Source: Zootoca vivipara (Eukaryota). From it: a stretch of DNA of 64,000 bases. Below are positions 47,237 to 59,600 of the stretch, one piece after another. The stretch covers positions 44,826,001 to 44,890,000 of the forward strand of contig NC_083288.1 of the NCBI RefSeq assembly GCF_963506605.1. Reading direction: 5' to 3'. The first letter of the stretch is position 1. The number at the start of each line of letters is the position of its first letter. Made by a program: the position numbers and the translations under genes. The notes below the pieces were generated by a model, which saw only the letters and a program-made list of their open reading frames with translations, searched no databases and had not been told where the DNA came from.

Positions 47237-48188
47237 CTAGTGGGTTATAGTCTGAGTCACTCTCTTTGCCCCTGTCAGCTTAGTCAAAGCTGCTTTCACT
47301 TCTTTGTTCCGAAGCGTGTAAATGACTGGGTTGAGCATGGGTGTCACCACATTGCCAAAGATCTGCACAGGGGTCACCAAGATTTCACTTAGCGATGGCT
47401 GAGTATAGATCAAAGCACAGGGGCCAAAGAAGAGGGTGACCACAGTCAAATGTGAGGCACAGGTAGAGGCCGCCTTGCGCCGTCCTTCCCCAGAACTCAT
47501 CCTCAGGACAGAGTAGACAATGCGAACATAGGATGTGAGGATGAGGATGAAGCAGGTCATGGGCACAACACCAATGTTGGTGAAGCTCACCGTCTCGATG
47601 ATGAGGGTGTCGGCGCAAGCCAACTTGACAACGGGAAAGATGTCACAGAAAAAGTAGTCCACTTCACTGGGCCCACAATAGGGTAGGGTGAAAGTCAAGG
47701 TCGTGAGGATGGTGGCATGGAAGGAGCTGGTGACCCATGTGCCAGCAGCCAAGATGGCACATACCTTCCAGTTCATGATGATGAGATAGCGCAGTGGGTG
47801 ACAGATGGCGACGTATCTGTCATAGGCCATGACCGTATAAAGGAGGCATTCTGTGCTCCCTAGGAAATGGTAGAAGAAGACCTGGCATACACATCCGCCC
47901 AGCGGTATGACTCTGCTTTGCCCCCAAAGGTTGGCCAACATCTTTGGGGTGCTAACGGAAGAGAAGCCGATGTCAAGGATGGAGAGGTTGAAAAGGAAGA
48001 AGTACATGGGGGTGTGAAGACGGGAGTCGGTCAAGACAGCGGTCATGATCAATAGGTTCCCCAGCAAAGTGCACATGTAGAAGATTAAGAAGACAGGGAA
48101 GAGGATGTTCTGGAGACCTTCTGTATGGGGGATACCAAGGAGAATGAAATGGGTCACCACCGTGAGGTTGTCTCCATGGGACCTGTCC
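47237..48188 (-). CDS. Olfactory receptor, OR10D-like, main coding exon (start codon upstream)
   Basis: Open frame DRSHGDNLTVVTHFILLGIPHTEGL...MAYDRYVAIC...PMLNPVIYTLRN; acceptor cttcttctgtag at 48189-48200; nearby ATG is out of frame. Confidence 0.9.
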
Positions 48189-51100
48189 CTACAGAAGAAG
48201 AGAAGGGGGAATACCCCACAACAGAGAAGAGATTAAGAAGCATGGAGGCTGCCATCATAAAGCCACTTGCCAGGGATCAAGACCCATGGAGATAGAAGAT
48301 AATACTTTTTCTGGAGTAAACAAGTCTAGGATTGTCCTGTTAGTGAAACCAGTGGCACATGCCAATGATAGCACAGGTACTTAATTTGTTGGCTTTTCTC
48401 AGGTTCAGCTAGTAGCCATTTGCATATGATTCAATAAATAAAGGACCAGCTCCCCCCCCTACTTCTTCCACAGCGGACAGAGTAACAACATGCTTGTAAT
48501 TTTAGTATTAAAAGGGTATGGCTTACTAGAACAACAATATCTCCCTTTCCCCAAATGCAAAAAAAAGAAGAAGAAAATGGTTCATTTGATTCCAGTGAGG
48601 CAATATGAAACTTATAAGAAAAGCTAAGGACATGAAATCAATACCACTGTATTTAGATTGTGTGTTTTGGGCAGGATTGTGCCCTAGACATTTTAACTGT
48701 TAGAAAAATGGAAAAATCTACTTTAAGGGGAGAAAAACCTAAACTGAGACATACTGAGAACTTGTTAGCAAATACAATCTATAAGATCTCCTTGTTAAAT
48801 AAAAATGACAATTTTCCCAAGGGAGAAAATAATAATAATCCCATTGTATTTAAAACTCTGCAGTATAGCCAGCGTGCAGGGAGAAAAGTTCACATTTAAA
48901 AAACAAAACAACAACACAAAATAAATAAGTCTGATACCCTAACTCCACTTCCTGCACATAAATCCCATTGAACCCAGTGAGGCGTACTTCTGAGTAGACA
49001 TGTTACAGGTAAGTAGCCGTGTTGGTCTGACATAGTCAAAACAAAATTAAAAAAATTCATTCCAGTAGCACCTTAGAGACCATCAACTAAGTTTGTCATT
49101 GGTATGAGCTTTCATGTGCATGCACACTTCTTCAGATACACAGTGTGCATGCACACGAAAGCTCATGCCAATGACAAACTTGGTTGGTCTCTAAGGTGCA
49201 ACTGGAAGGAATTTTTATTTTATTTTGAGTAGACACGGTTAGGATTGCTCTGTAAGTATGAATACAGCCTGATACCTGTTACATGGTCACAAAATGGTTC
49301 TTTCCTCCCTATTCCCTCTTGATTATTCTAAAAATGACACTTTATTCTTTTTGTTAAGAAGGGAAATGGAAAATGCTAAGAATTCTGGAATTGTTTCCCC
49401 CCCTTCTCTCATATGACCTAAAGCTGCAGATGTTTCAATTCCATTAAAACCCTATAGAATTAGGTTCCCTTTCATTTAACTATGAGATGTGACAGAGGTG
49501 ATGACCCCCCCCCCCCCAGCATCCTTTTATCTGATCTGAATCTTCCAACATTCAGCTTTTTTGGACGCTCACAAGTTCTGGCATTATGAGAGAGGGAGAA
49601 AGATTTCTTTCTACCCTTAATTTTAAACACTCCCTTCATGTTGCCTTTTTACACACATTTCCTCTAAACTAAAAAGTCCCAAATGTCCTTGAATGGGATC
49701 TCAGAAGAGATAAGAGTACCATGCTCTGTCCTTCCTCTTCCTGGGGCACAAAACAAAACCTACTCTTTCCTCCAAACTGTCAATTTATTGGCTTTTTCCA
49801 GCCTGCTCCCCACACCAACTCTCCTCCCCCCTCCAATTACATCACACTCTGCATTTTCAAAATGGGACACGGGTGGCACTGTGGCCTAGGGCTTGCCAAT
49901 CAGAAGGTCGGCGGTTCGAATCCCTGTGATGGGGTGAGCTCCCGTTGCTCGGTCCCATATCCGTCCAACCTAGCAGTTCGAAAGGACGTCAAAGTGCAAG
50001 TAGATAAATAGGTAAAGGAAGGTAAACGGCGTTTCCATGTGTTGCTCTGGTTTGCCAGAAGCGGCTTTGTCATGCTGGCCGCATGACTTGGAAGCTGTAC
50101 GCCAGCTCCCTCGGCCAATAACACGAGATGAGCGCCGCAACCTCAGAGTCGGTCACGACTGGACCTAATGGTCAATTTAGGAGAACAGCCTTAATATTAA
50201 AACTTAGCCTGTAGTTGGAGAGGACAATTCCTCTTCCATGTCTTCTGCCCTCTGTTCCCATCAGCTTGGCATGCAAAGAAAATTGCCATTTACTCTGTGA
50301 ACCCAATTATCTACACTAGTGAAGAGAGACATACATTACGTTTTTACGTTCTCTGGGCACAGCTCGAGGGTGACTCCGTTCCCAGACTACTCAATGCTGC
50401 ACCCAATTATAATTTCACACAGAAGCTTAATTCCAGTGCTCCTCCATAGCCTCCACTACCCTGATATCTCAGCAGTCCCATCTTTTAAATTGGTTTGAAT
50501 CCATCAGGACCCAGCTCCCTGCAGTGATGGTCCTTTGGGCTACCAATCCAAGATTTCCAGGGGGTGACCAATTAAACATGTTTTTTTTATTACATTCCAG
50601 ACAAACATTGATTAGAGTAGACTCAAGGGGTTCTTCAATGTTCATGAGCTCATTGATCTCTCCCCCCCCCCCCATTCTTGCTTCTTGCAGCAACTAGTTA
50701 GGCCTTATGCAATGATTGGGCTCTGGTGTGCATTTTATATATTTTCTCTTTCTTTTGGTAACTGTGAGGGGAAATAATTTCAAATGTTGCTTTTGAAATT
50801 AGATTTTAAAAACATTAGAATTTGTGTACTGTCCAGGGAAAGTTTAGAGTTTTAAAGCCTCTTCAATGACTGAGGTTTATAAAATTATGTGAGGCATGAA
50901 GAAAGTGGATAGAGAAAAGTTTTTTTTTCTCTCTCTCTCATAAAACTAGAACTCTTAGACATCAAATGAAGCTGGATGTTGAAAGATTCAGGACACATAT
51001 GCTATAAGAATTTCAAGGTCTGGAATATAGAATAAATATTCATAAATGCACACATATCTAAATATATGAACCATGTGTCTGAAACAGTATGGGAGAGCAA

Positions 51101-51633
51101 TCCTGAAGCCATTTTTGACTTTCCTGATGAACTCAAATATTCCTCTGCAGCAAGGGAGGCAAATGGGGAAAGCCTTCCCATTGTATTTTTGCTTGAAAAT
51201 CCTGTCTTAAGGGTATGAATAGGGTGAGCCTGTGACCTGGATTCAGGAACTAAAGGATTAACTATCACAAAAGAATGGCTGGGTAATGCAATCAGTGACC
51301 ATTATCAAGTATCCTGGCAGACAAGATTTCTGCTGTAGACCGCCTCCTTCTGTGATGTGTGTATGATGTTTTGGGAGGTGGTCTTTGGCTACAGGGTGGG
51401 CAATTTTAAAAATATATATAAGGGCTTGCACACCTTTGTTCAAGGTTCTCCTTCCTCCTGTGTGTGGTGAGTGGGGATCCTGTTGCAACACTTTAATAAA
51501 GATCAGGCTTACTAGCCACTTTTCTTCTCAATATACTCTGGCTGGACTCTGTTTTCTCCTAATGATAGGGAACCCACCTAAGGACTGTATATGGGCTCTG
51601 GAATACCCCATAAGGGAAAGGGAGCAGTTTTTC

Positions 51634-51685
<52 letters not shown>

Positions 51686-51942
51686 ATCTATATCTGCTGA
51701 ACTGTAATGTAACAAATTTGGCAACAACGTTCCATGCCCATCAGTGAGGGATCTGGCATAATCCCCCCCCCCAAAGCAACCCTTTCATACCTAAAATAAT
51801 GATTAAACACAAAAAGTGGTGCCCAAATTAGAGGTCACCAGCAGAAGCTCTGAAGACTCTAGCAGCATCCAATAGAAAGGCAGATCGCCCACTGCTGCCT
51901 CAAAAGCCGCGCCACCAGATGACACCACAAAATTCCACAGCA

Positions 51943-52058
51943 ACCAACTGAAAACAGGCCTTTTGCAGCAAAAAGGCCCAACCAACTGAAAGCAGGCCTT
52001 TTGCAGCAACAAGGCCCAACCAACTAAAAACAGGCCTTTTGCAGCAACAAGGCCCAAC
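51943..52058. repeat. Three ~39-bp tandem repeats in a probable degraded LTR-like element (~51700-53020)
   Basis: Unit ccaactgaaaacaggccttttgcagcaa(c)aaggcccaa x3; further aatcacagggrataa repeats at 52420-52630; element class uncertain. Confidence 0.6.
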
Positions 52059-53041
52059 ATTGCGAAGTGGAGGTAGGGGCCTGCCTTGGGGGGGCGAATA
52101 GGGGGCAGGGATAGGTAATGGGTCAGAACAGGGTTGGGGGAGACACAGGGATGAAACCTGCCCTCTCCGCAGTATTTCACCTCAGCTTTGCAGACCAGGC
52201 TGAGTGGATTTAGGGGCCTGCCTGGGTGGGGGATGAGGGGCGGTGAATAGCCCGCAGCATAGAATCAACTGAATACGGGCCTTTTACAGGGCCGTGCCTT
52301 TGGGTAGAATAAATGTTATTTCACATAACACACGTGGGTAGGGGAGTCAGGGTTGGGACAGGGCAAAATTTTACAGAACACCCGCATTGGGGGAATGATT
52401 GTGTGCAAAATGAACGGGTCACAGAGATAACCCGGGGAGGGGGGGTTGGATGGAGGAGAGGAGGGAAATCACAGGGGTAAGTGGGGGGGGTTAGGGGGAG
52501 GAGAGGGGGGAAATCACAGGGATAAGCCGAGGTGGGGGGAAGAGGGGGCATAATAGGTCATGGATCAGGACAGAGTTGGGAGATTCACAGGGATGAGGGA
52601 GGGGGATGAGGGGGCAATCACAGGGATAAGCCGGTCATGTGTCTTATTGATTTCATTGGCACTGAACTTAGACCAACTGTCAGGGGCTCCTTGTTTGTAT
52701 GTTTGTGTGTGTATGGCTGCCACCTGTGGCAGTGAAGAACTTTCTGGACTGATATTGCCCAGTTCTTCTTCAGCTCTCATGATTCTTGGTGGTTCTTCCA
52801 CGTTGAGCCCTGGTTTAATCTACTGTCCTCTCCAGCTCATCAGTTCTGGCCAATCACCTGTCTCATATAGGTCCTGGTTTCTAGCCGCTGTCTCACCCCA
52901 GACTCTTTGCTCATGACCAAGCTTCGACACCAAAACCATTGATTGCAAATAATTATTCCCCAGTGGAATTTATAATAACTATCAGTCTCTCTCTCCCCCC
53001 CCCAAAAATAAACCATATTACAAAAGACACTGACTGGAATC

Positions 53042-53148
53042 TAATGAAACCCTAGGGCATAAACATGTCCCCGATGTGCACATTCGCTCCAGAGGGAACG
53101 AACAAGGACCTGCCCTTAAATTCAGTGAAGCTGCATCATTATAAAGAT
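53042..53148 (+). promoter_or_regulatory. Candidate OR promoter/enhancer with homeodomain (Lhx2) and O/E (Ebf) motifs
   Basis: TAATGA-a-accctagggc, tccagaggga, tcattataaagat; strong donor cag|gtgagt at 53522, upstream of the OR at 55227. Confidence 0.45.
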
Positions 53149-55813
53149 ACAGGGGGAGATGAAATTGTGCCTCTTTGGGTGAAAAGCATTGAGCTGATTA
53201 TCCCCTGCAGCTATCCTCTATGCCTCGCGCCAACTTTTTTCCTTTCTGCGTCTCAGAAGAAACAAATATGAATGAAAGGAAATCTGATTTGTGGGCTGAC
53301 CTAGTCACAGCATAGCTGAAAGCCTTTAAGGTGTTCCAACACCCTCCAGGTACTCTCCTACAGCAGATCACACAGCTACCACTCTGGAAGGGGATTTAGA
53401 TTCAGGATTTCCTCTGCCCACTCATTTGCTGAAGTTATGTTTGAGTGAAGGTACACCTGGGGCAATTCCAGTGAAATAGCTTGCACTGAGGGGGCCACCT
53501 CGGCCGCTGGTAAAACATCAGGTGAGTCTTCTGAACAGAAACAAACTGAAACGATATAAATGATTTAAGGTTAACAGCAACAAATCCACTTCTTCCAGAA
53601 GTTCTCACCGTTCCTCTTGGAAATATCACCAGGTTCTATAGCAAGCGTGTCAACAAAGAGCCCATTTTGCCAACAACTGTCCGAAAACTGCATTGAATAG
53701 CTCCTCCCAACTGCAGTTATGGAAGAAGATGGAACGAAGGACAGGATATGCATTTAATAAATAATAAGACTAAAAAAACTGAGAATAGTCTTTCAAGAGC
53801 TGTATCATGGCAAAAGCATTAGTATGCTAATGTTGGATTATATGTGACTCGTATGCATTGTTTCCCCCCCTGGTTTATCACTGAACTCCAATAAGCTGAC
53901 TCAAGGTGTTCAGGGCAGGAAATAACTGTTGAGGAGTGAGCCCTATAGATGCAGAAGCCCACTGAACTCCAATGGAAAAGCCAGGCTATTTTTTCCACAT
54001 TTGTTACAAAGTGGTTTGTAATGGATACATAAGTTGGTGAAAGGATGTCAGAACCACATTATTTCCAAGCCTTGGGTGAATGCATCTTTCCATACCAAAT
54101 CTGACAACTGCTTTCCTAACTGCATGATGGATTTTATGTCTGGCTGATTCTGACAAGGAGATTTATTGCCAATTGTTCACCTGACGTTGATGTCCTTCCT
54201 ATTAAGCCAATATTTTTTCCAGCATTTCAAAAGTGGGCTCTTCCTAGTGCCTGTTGCTAGTTTCTACAGTTGAATGTAGAGAGCCTTTCAGTTCTGTTCT
54301 GTTGTCTGCCACAGTTAGAAAGGAAACTCTCCTTCCTCCTTTCAAACAACACATAGGGAAACAAGAGTGGAAAGCAACACATCTTCGTCTCTTGTGGCGC
54401 AGTTACCACCACAAATCCTGTGCTGTTCAGCAATGATCTGCTACCAGGGTTCATTACTATATTAGGTAAAGGTAAAGGGACCCCTGACCATTAGGTCCAG
54501 TCACGGACGTCTCTGGGGTTGCGGCGCTCATCTCCCTTTATTGGCTGAGGGAGCCAGCGTACAGCTTCCCGGTCATGTGGTCAGCATGACAAAGCCGCTT
54601 CTGGCGAAACCAGAGCAGCGCACGGAAAAGCCATTTACCTTCCCGTCGGAGCGATACCTATTTATCTACTTGCACTTTGATGTGCTTTTGAACTGCTAGG
54701 TGGGCAGGAGCAGGGACTGAGCAACAAGAGCTCACCCCGTCGCGGGGATTCGAACCACTGACCTTCTGATCGGCATTAAGATATTAACAAAGGTCTACGT
54801 TGTTGCTGGGACAGTGGTGGCTGGTGCCTATTGGAAATGGTAGGGGGAAAGGCAAGAAGACAGACAGTGGTTGGTACCAGAGCCAATGAAAGAGCGAACT
54901 AATGCAAGTTTTCCCTAGAACTCCTCTGGGCAAGACAGAGAAAGCAGGCAGGACCTTGGATCAGTTGTGACTAGGAAGGCAGGCAGGTGGGTGTTGGCTG
55001 AGAGCAGACTGAGATAGGCTTGGCAGTGCTCCATTCACTTTAATGGACTTGTTTCCATTGTGCTGGGAGGAGGCCAACAACTGCTTCTATAGATCATGCC
55101 CTTCCCTAGAACTGTATAGGTGTCACCTACTTTTGGAAAACATTGTCATCAGCAGTGATATCTCGCCCTCTCATTCACTTCCAAAATGTTAATCAAACTT
55201 ATCTAACTGATATTAATATCTTACCAATGGAGTGTGCAAATGAAACAGCACCAACAGAGTTTGTCCTCTCTGGGTTCCAATACCCACCAGAAATGAAGGT
55301 CCCATTGTTTCTCTTCTTCTTGCTCATGTTCCTACTGACCCTGTCTGGAAATTCCCTGATCCTCTGGGTGGTGGCTTCTGACCTCCAGTTGCACAAACCC
55401 ATGTACTGGTTCCTCTGCCATCTGTCCATCCTGGACATGGCTTTCTCTTCTGTCGTTTTCCCCAAAGTGATTGCAGGATTCATCCCTGGTGGAAAGGTCA
55501 TCTCCTTTGCAAGTTGTGTCTCTCAGTTATTTTTCTTCAACTTCCTCGGATGTGCAGAAAGCCTCCTTTACACCTTGATGGCTTACGATCGCTTCTTGGC
55601 CATTTGTAAGCCTCTCCATTACAGCAACATCATGAATTGGAAAGCCTGCCTTGGCCTCTCCTTGGGGACAGTGATTGGAGGCTGTTTGAACTCAATTATA
55701 CAGACAACCCTCACCTTCCGTTTGCCATATGGGCAAAGAAATGATGTTGACTATATCTTATGTGACATTCCTGCAATGTTGAAGCTGGCTTGTGCTGATA
55801 CAGAGTTCAATCA

Positions 55814-56407
55814 TGTGGGATGCAAAGGGTTAAGTGCAGTCAAGTCACAACAATCCCTAGATAGTCCACTTGGAGGACTGAGGAGGAGGATATGACTAAG
55901 CGTAGTTTCCTCTTCCTTCACATGCAAATGAGTTGAGGAAGTGGCAGATAAATCCTGAAGGAAACAGCCATTTTCCCTCTCTTGGACCAGACCTCTTGGA
56001 CTACACACATCTTAGTGAGTCTCTCCCTCAAGGCCTCCAGCCTAGAGAGAGAGATGAGATGGAGTCTCACTTCTTATAAGTGAACTTCACAATGTATATA
56101 TTACCTTTTAACTAAGCAAGTCTACCTCTTGAGTGTGCTGTACCTCGAGATGCTTGTAAGTAAACATCTTTTATACTTTTAAGAGCATTGTGTTGTGTCT
56201 TTTCTTTTAAGAGGGAAAAAGGGGAAATACCAGGAAAATACACTTTATTTTAGTGGCTTAAATCAAGCCTGCGCAAACGTTCTTCTGCTGTGTATTTTGC
56301 AAAAAGGGGAATGTTTTACTCTGCTAAAGTTTTGTGCTTGCTAGCGCAAGCGGGGATAGGATATATTAAACAATATCTCCTCATCCACATTCCTGAACAT
56401 TCCCACA
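55814..56407 (+). repeat. Copia 5' LTR
   Basis: 7-bp inverted termini; repeated at 60762-61355. Confidence 0.96.
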
Positions 56408-56680
56408 TAGGGTTATTGCGGCCCAGAGTTGCGTATTTTGTGTATTTTTGAAGGATTGATTTGGATTGTGATTTTGAACTCTGTAGGATTTTTCCAGTTA
56501 GGATTTCCTGGTTGAGCACATGGTCTCTTTGTTCTGCAGTGTGCTTGGGGGATTAACTACCCCTCCCCTCCCTCAGAGTTTACAGCACTGAGAAAGCTCA
56601 GAGGTAGTGAAGATATTTTTGAGATTTTGAATTTGATTTTTGAAAGATTTTTGAATTTTGGAAATTTTTGAAGTTTTAAG

Positions 56681-59600
56681 ATGGCAAGCTCCAGTTTTGA
56701 TAGTGAGGCAAGACCAAGTTTTATGCTGCTGGATGACAATAATTTTGTGCAGTGGAAGCAGCGCGTTTTAGTTTATCTTGCTGCTAGGCGTGTTCTGCAG
56801 GCCATTAAGGAAGAAAAGCCTACAGGAACCGATGCAGAAGCTTTAGCTAAGATAGAAGCTTGGAGTATTAAAAATGATGAAGCCAAGCACATAATTTTGA
56901 GCAGTTTGAGGAATGAGCATCTATCAATGATAAATTTTGAAGATGATGCATCTAAGATCCTAGAGGACATTGAACGCATTTATGCACAATCTACAGAGAG
57001 TTCCTATAGATACTTGTTGGATAAGTTACTCAAGTTGAAGATGAATTCTAGAGAAGAGTTTACAGAGCATTTTAAGAATTTTTCTGAGATTGTTCAAAGA
57101 ATTGCCCTTACTCCCAGAGCCTTTGATGATGTGACTAAAGTAACGTTTATGCTTGCATCATTGGGACCTACGTTTGCTCCATTTAAAAGTATAATGGATC
57201 ACACAAAGGATTTAACTTTTAATGAGCTTATCAACCATTTAAGAGAGGAATGCAGAGATAGCCTTGATTCTCAAGAAAGGAATCCAAGGAGGAAGGATAG
57301 CAGCTATGCATCCAAGCATTTTGGAAAGTCCAGACAGACATCTAGAGAAATAATTTGTTTTAAATGCAATGGGAAAAACCACATAGCAAGGAACTGCAAG
57401 AGTCAAAATGGGGATAAAGTTGAATCCCACCCCTCAAAACCACAAGGTGTTAAGAAGGGGAGTCATGAGCAAACCATGTTGATGCAGGAGAGGAGTTTAG
57501 CTGTCCAGGATTGTGAAAATAAGCGCAATAAGTGGATTCTTGACAGTGGAGTGAGTTCTCATTTCTGTTATGAAAAGGAGTATTTTAATGAGATTAATGG
57601 GGATGAAACCTCTGAAATTGAGATTGCTGATGGCAACATTGTAAAGGCAATTGGTTCAGGAACTGTGAATTTGAAATTCAACGTAGATCATGAAACAATT
57701 AATACTAAGATAACTGAAGTTAAGTTTGCACCAAAGCTTAATTGCAACTTACTCAGCGTGTCCAGTTTGGACAGGAAAGGTTTTAAAATTACATTTGAAA
57801 AAGGACAATGTATTGTGACTAAGCATGATGAAGTTTATGTTCAAGGCACACTAAAGGATGGTGTATATGAGCTTAATGTTTCAGAGAACCAGCAGAACCA
57901 GTCTGCAAAGGTGGCGCAACCAAGTCAAAAGGACGAAGGAAGTCTGGAACTCTGGCACAAGAGACTTGGACACAGAGACACCAACGTTATTCTGGAACTA
58001 CAGAAAGGTGATCTTGTGAGAGGTCTGCAGGTAAAGCAAAGCAACACAAATACACCAACATCAAAATGTATAACTTGTGTTAGTGAGAAAGCAACTAAAC
58101 CTTCTTTCCCACGTTGTGCAGAGAAGAGAAGCACTAAAGTATTGGACATTGTCCATACAGATCTATGTGGACCAATGAATGTGTCTTCTCTAGGAGGTAA
58201 TAAATATATTTTGATATTTTTGGACGATTTCTCGAGATTCTGCGTAGCCTACTTTATCAAGGAGAAGAGTGAGACAGTGGAATTGTTCAGGGACTATCTT
58301 AACATGGTCAAGAACAAGTTCCAGCGAGCCCCTTCCATTTTAATGTCCGATAATGGTGGGGAATTTTGTTCACATGAGATGCAGGCCGTCATGGCTAGAG
58401 AAGGCATATCACACGTGACCACAGTTGCCTACACACCCCAACAAAACTCAATTGCAGAGAGGAAATTTAGATCCATTTTGGAAATGACAAGGTGCATGCT
58501 AAAGGAAGCTAACTTGTCACACAGGCTGTGGGGTGAAGCGGCTCGTTGCTCAGTCTATCTTCAGAACAGACTGCCCACAAAAGGCGCAGAGCGCACACCA
58601 TTTGAACTTTGGCATGGAAAAGCCCCAAATTTGTCACATATACGTGTATTTGGAAGTTTGTGCTACTATCATGTGCCCAAGGAGCACAGACACAAACTTG
58701 ATTCCAGAGCGAAGGCAGGGATCCTAGTTGGGTACGCTTCTGGAGGAAAAGGATATAGAGTCTTGGATCCGCAAACTGGCAAGACAAGTTCGCAGCATGT
58801 AATTTACTTCGATGAGCAAGGCAAAGTTGATACAAAGGACACTGCCATTGATTGTTCCAAGGAGCCACAGGATGAGGAATTTGTGATTTTTCCTTTTGAA
58901 CCAATACAAAGTACTAATCCAACTTCTAGTGTCGTAGCACCCCCTATAGGTGACACCCGAGAAGACGTGGAGGTCCAGGCCCCTGGCAGCACCAGAGACG
59001 AAGATGATGACGAGCAGCTGTATGGGGATATGCCACTGCTGGAGGAGGATGAGGAAGCTGATGCAGTCGAAAGACCAGAGGTCAGACGCTCATCCAGAAC
59101 CAACAGAGGTGTTCCACCATTACGGCTGTCCTACCTTACAAGGTCGGCGTCTCCACAGGAACCTTCCAAATGGGAAGAGATAGAGAGGATGCCACCAGAT
59201 GAAGCCAGTCTCTGGAGGAAAGCTGCTCAGGAGGAGATAGATGCACTTCATCGGAACAGGACCTGGACACTCACAGAACTACCTCCTGGTAAGGAAGCAA
59301 TTGGAAGTAAATGGGTGTTCAAGGTTAAAAAGGGTTCAGAAGGGGAGGTGCAACGCTACAAAGCTAGGCTTGTGGCACAAGGTTTTTCCCAGAAGTATGG
59401 AGAGGATTACGATCAAGTGTTTGCACCGACAGTTCGATACAGCAGTGTCAGACTACTTTTAAGTATTGCAGCATCTAAGCAAATGTCAGTTTACCATATT
59501 GACATTGCGACAGCTTTTCTTCACGGCGAAATTTCTGAGCAGATTTATATGAAGCAGCCCAAAGGTTTCATTAAACCAAATGAGGCACATCTAGTGTGCA

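Noticed and set aside
51943-52058. Direct repeats superficially like a CRISPR array
   Set aside because: Head-to-tail repeats without spacers, in eukaryotic DNA
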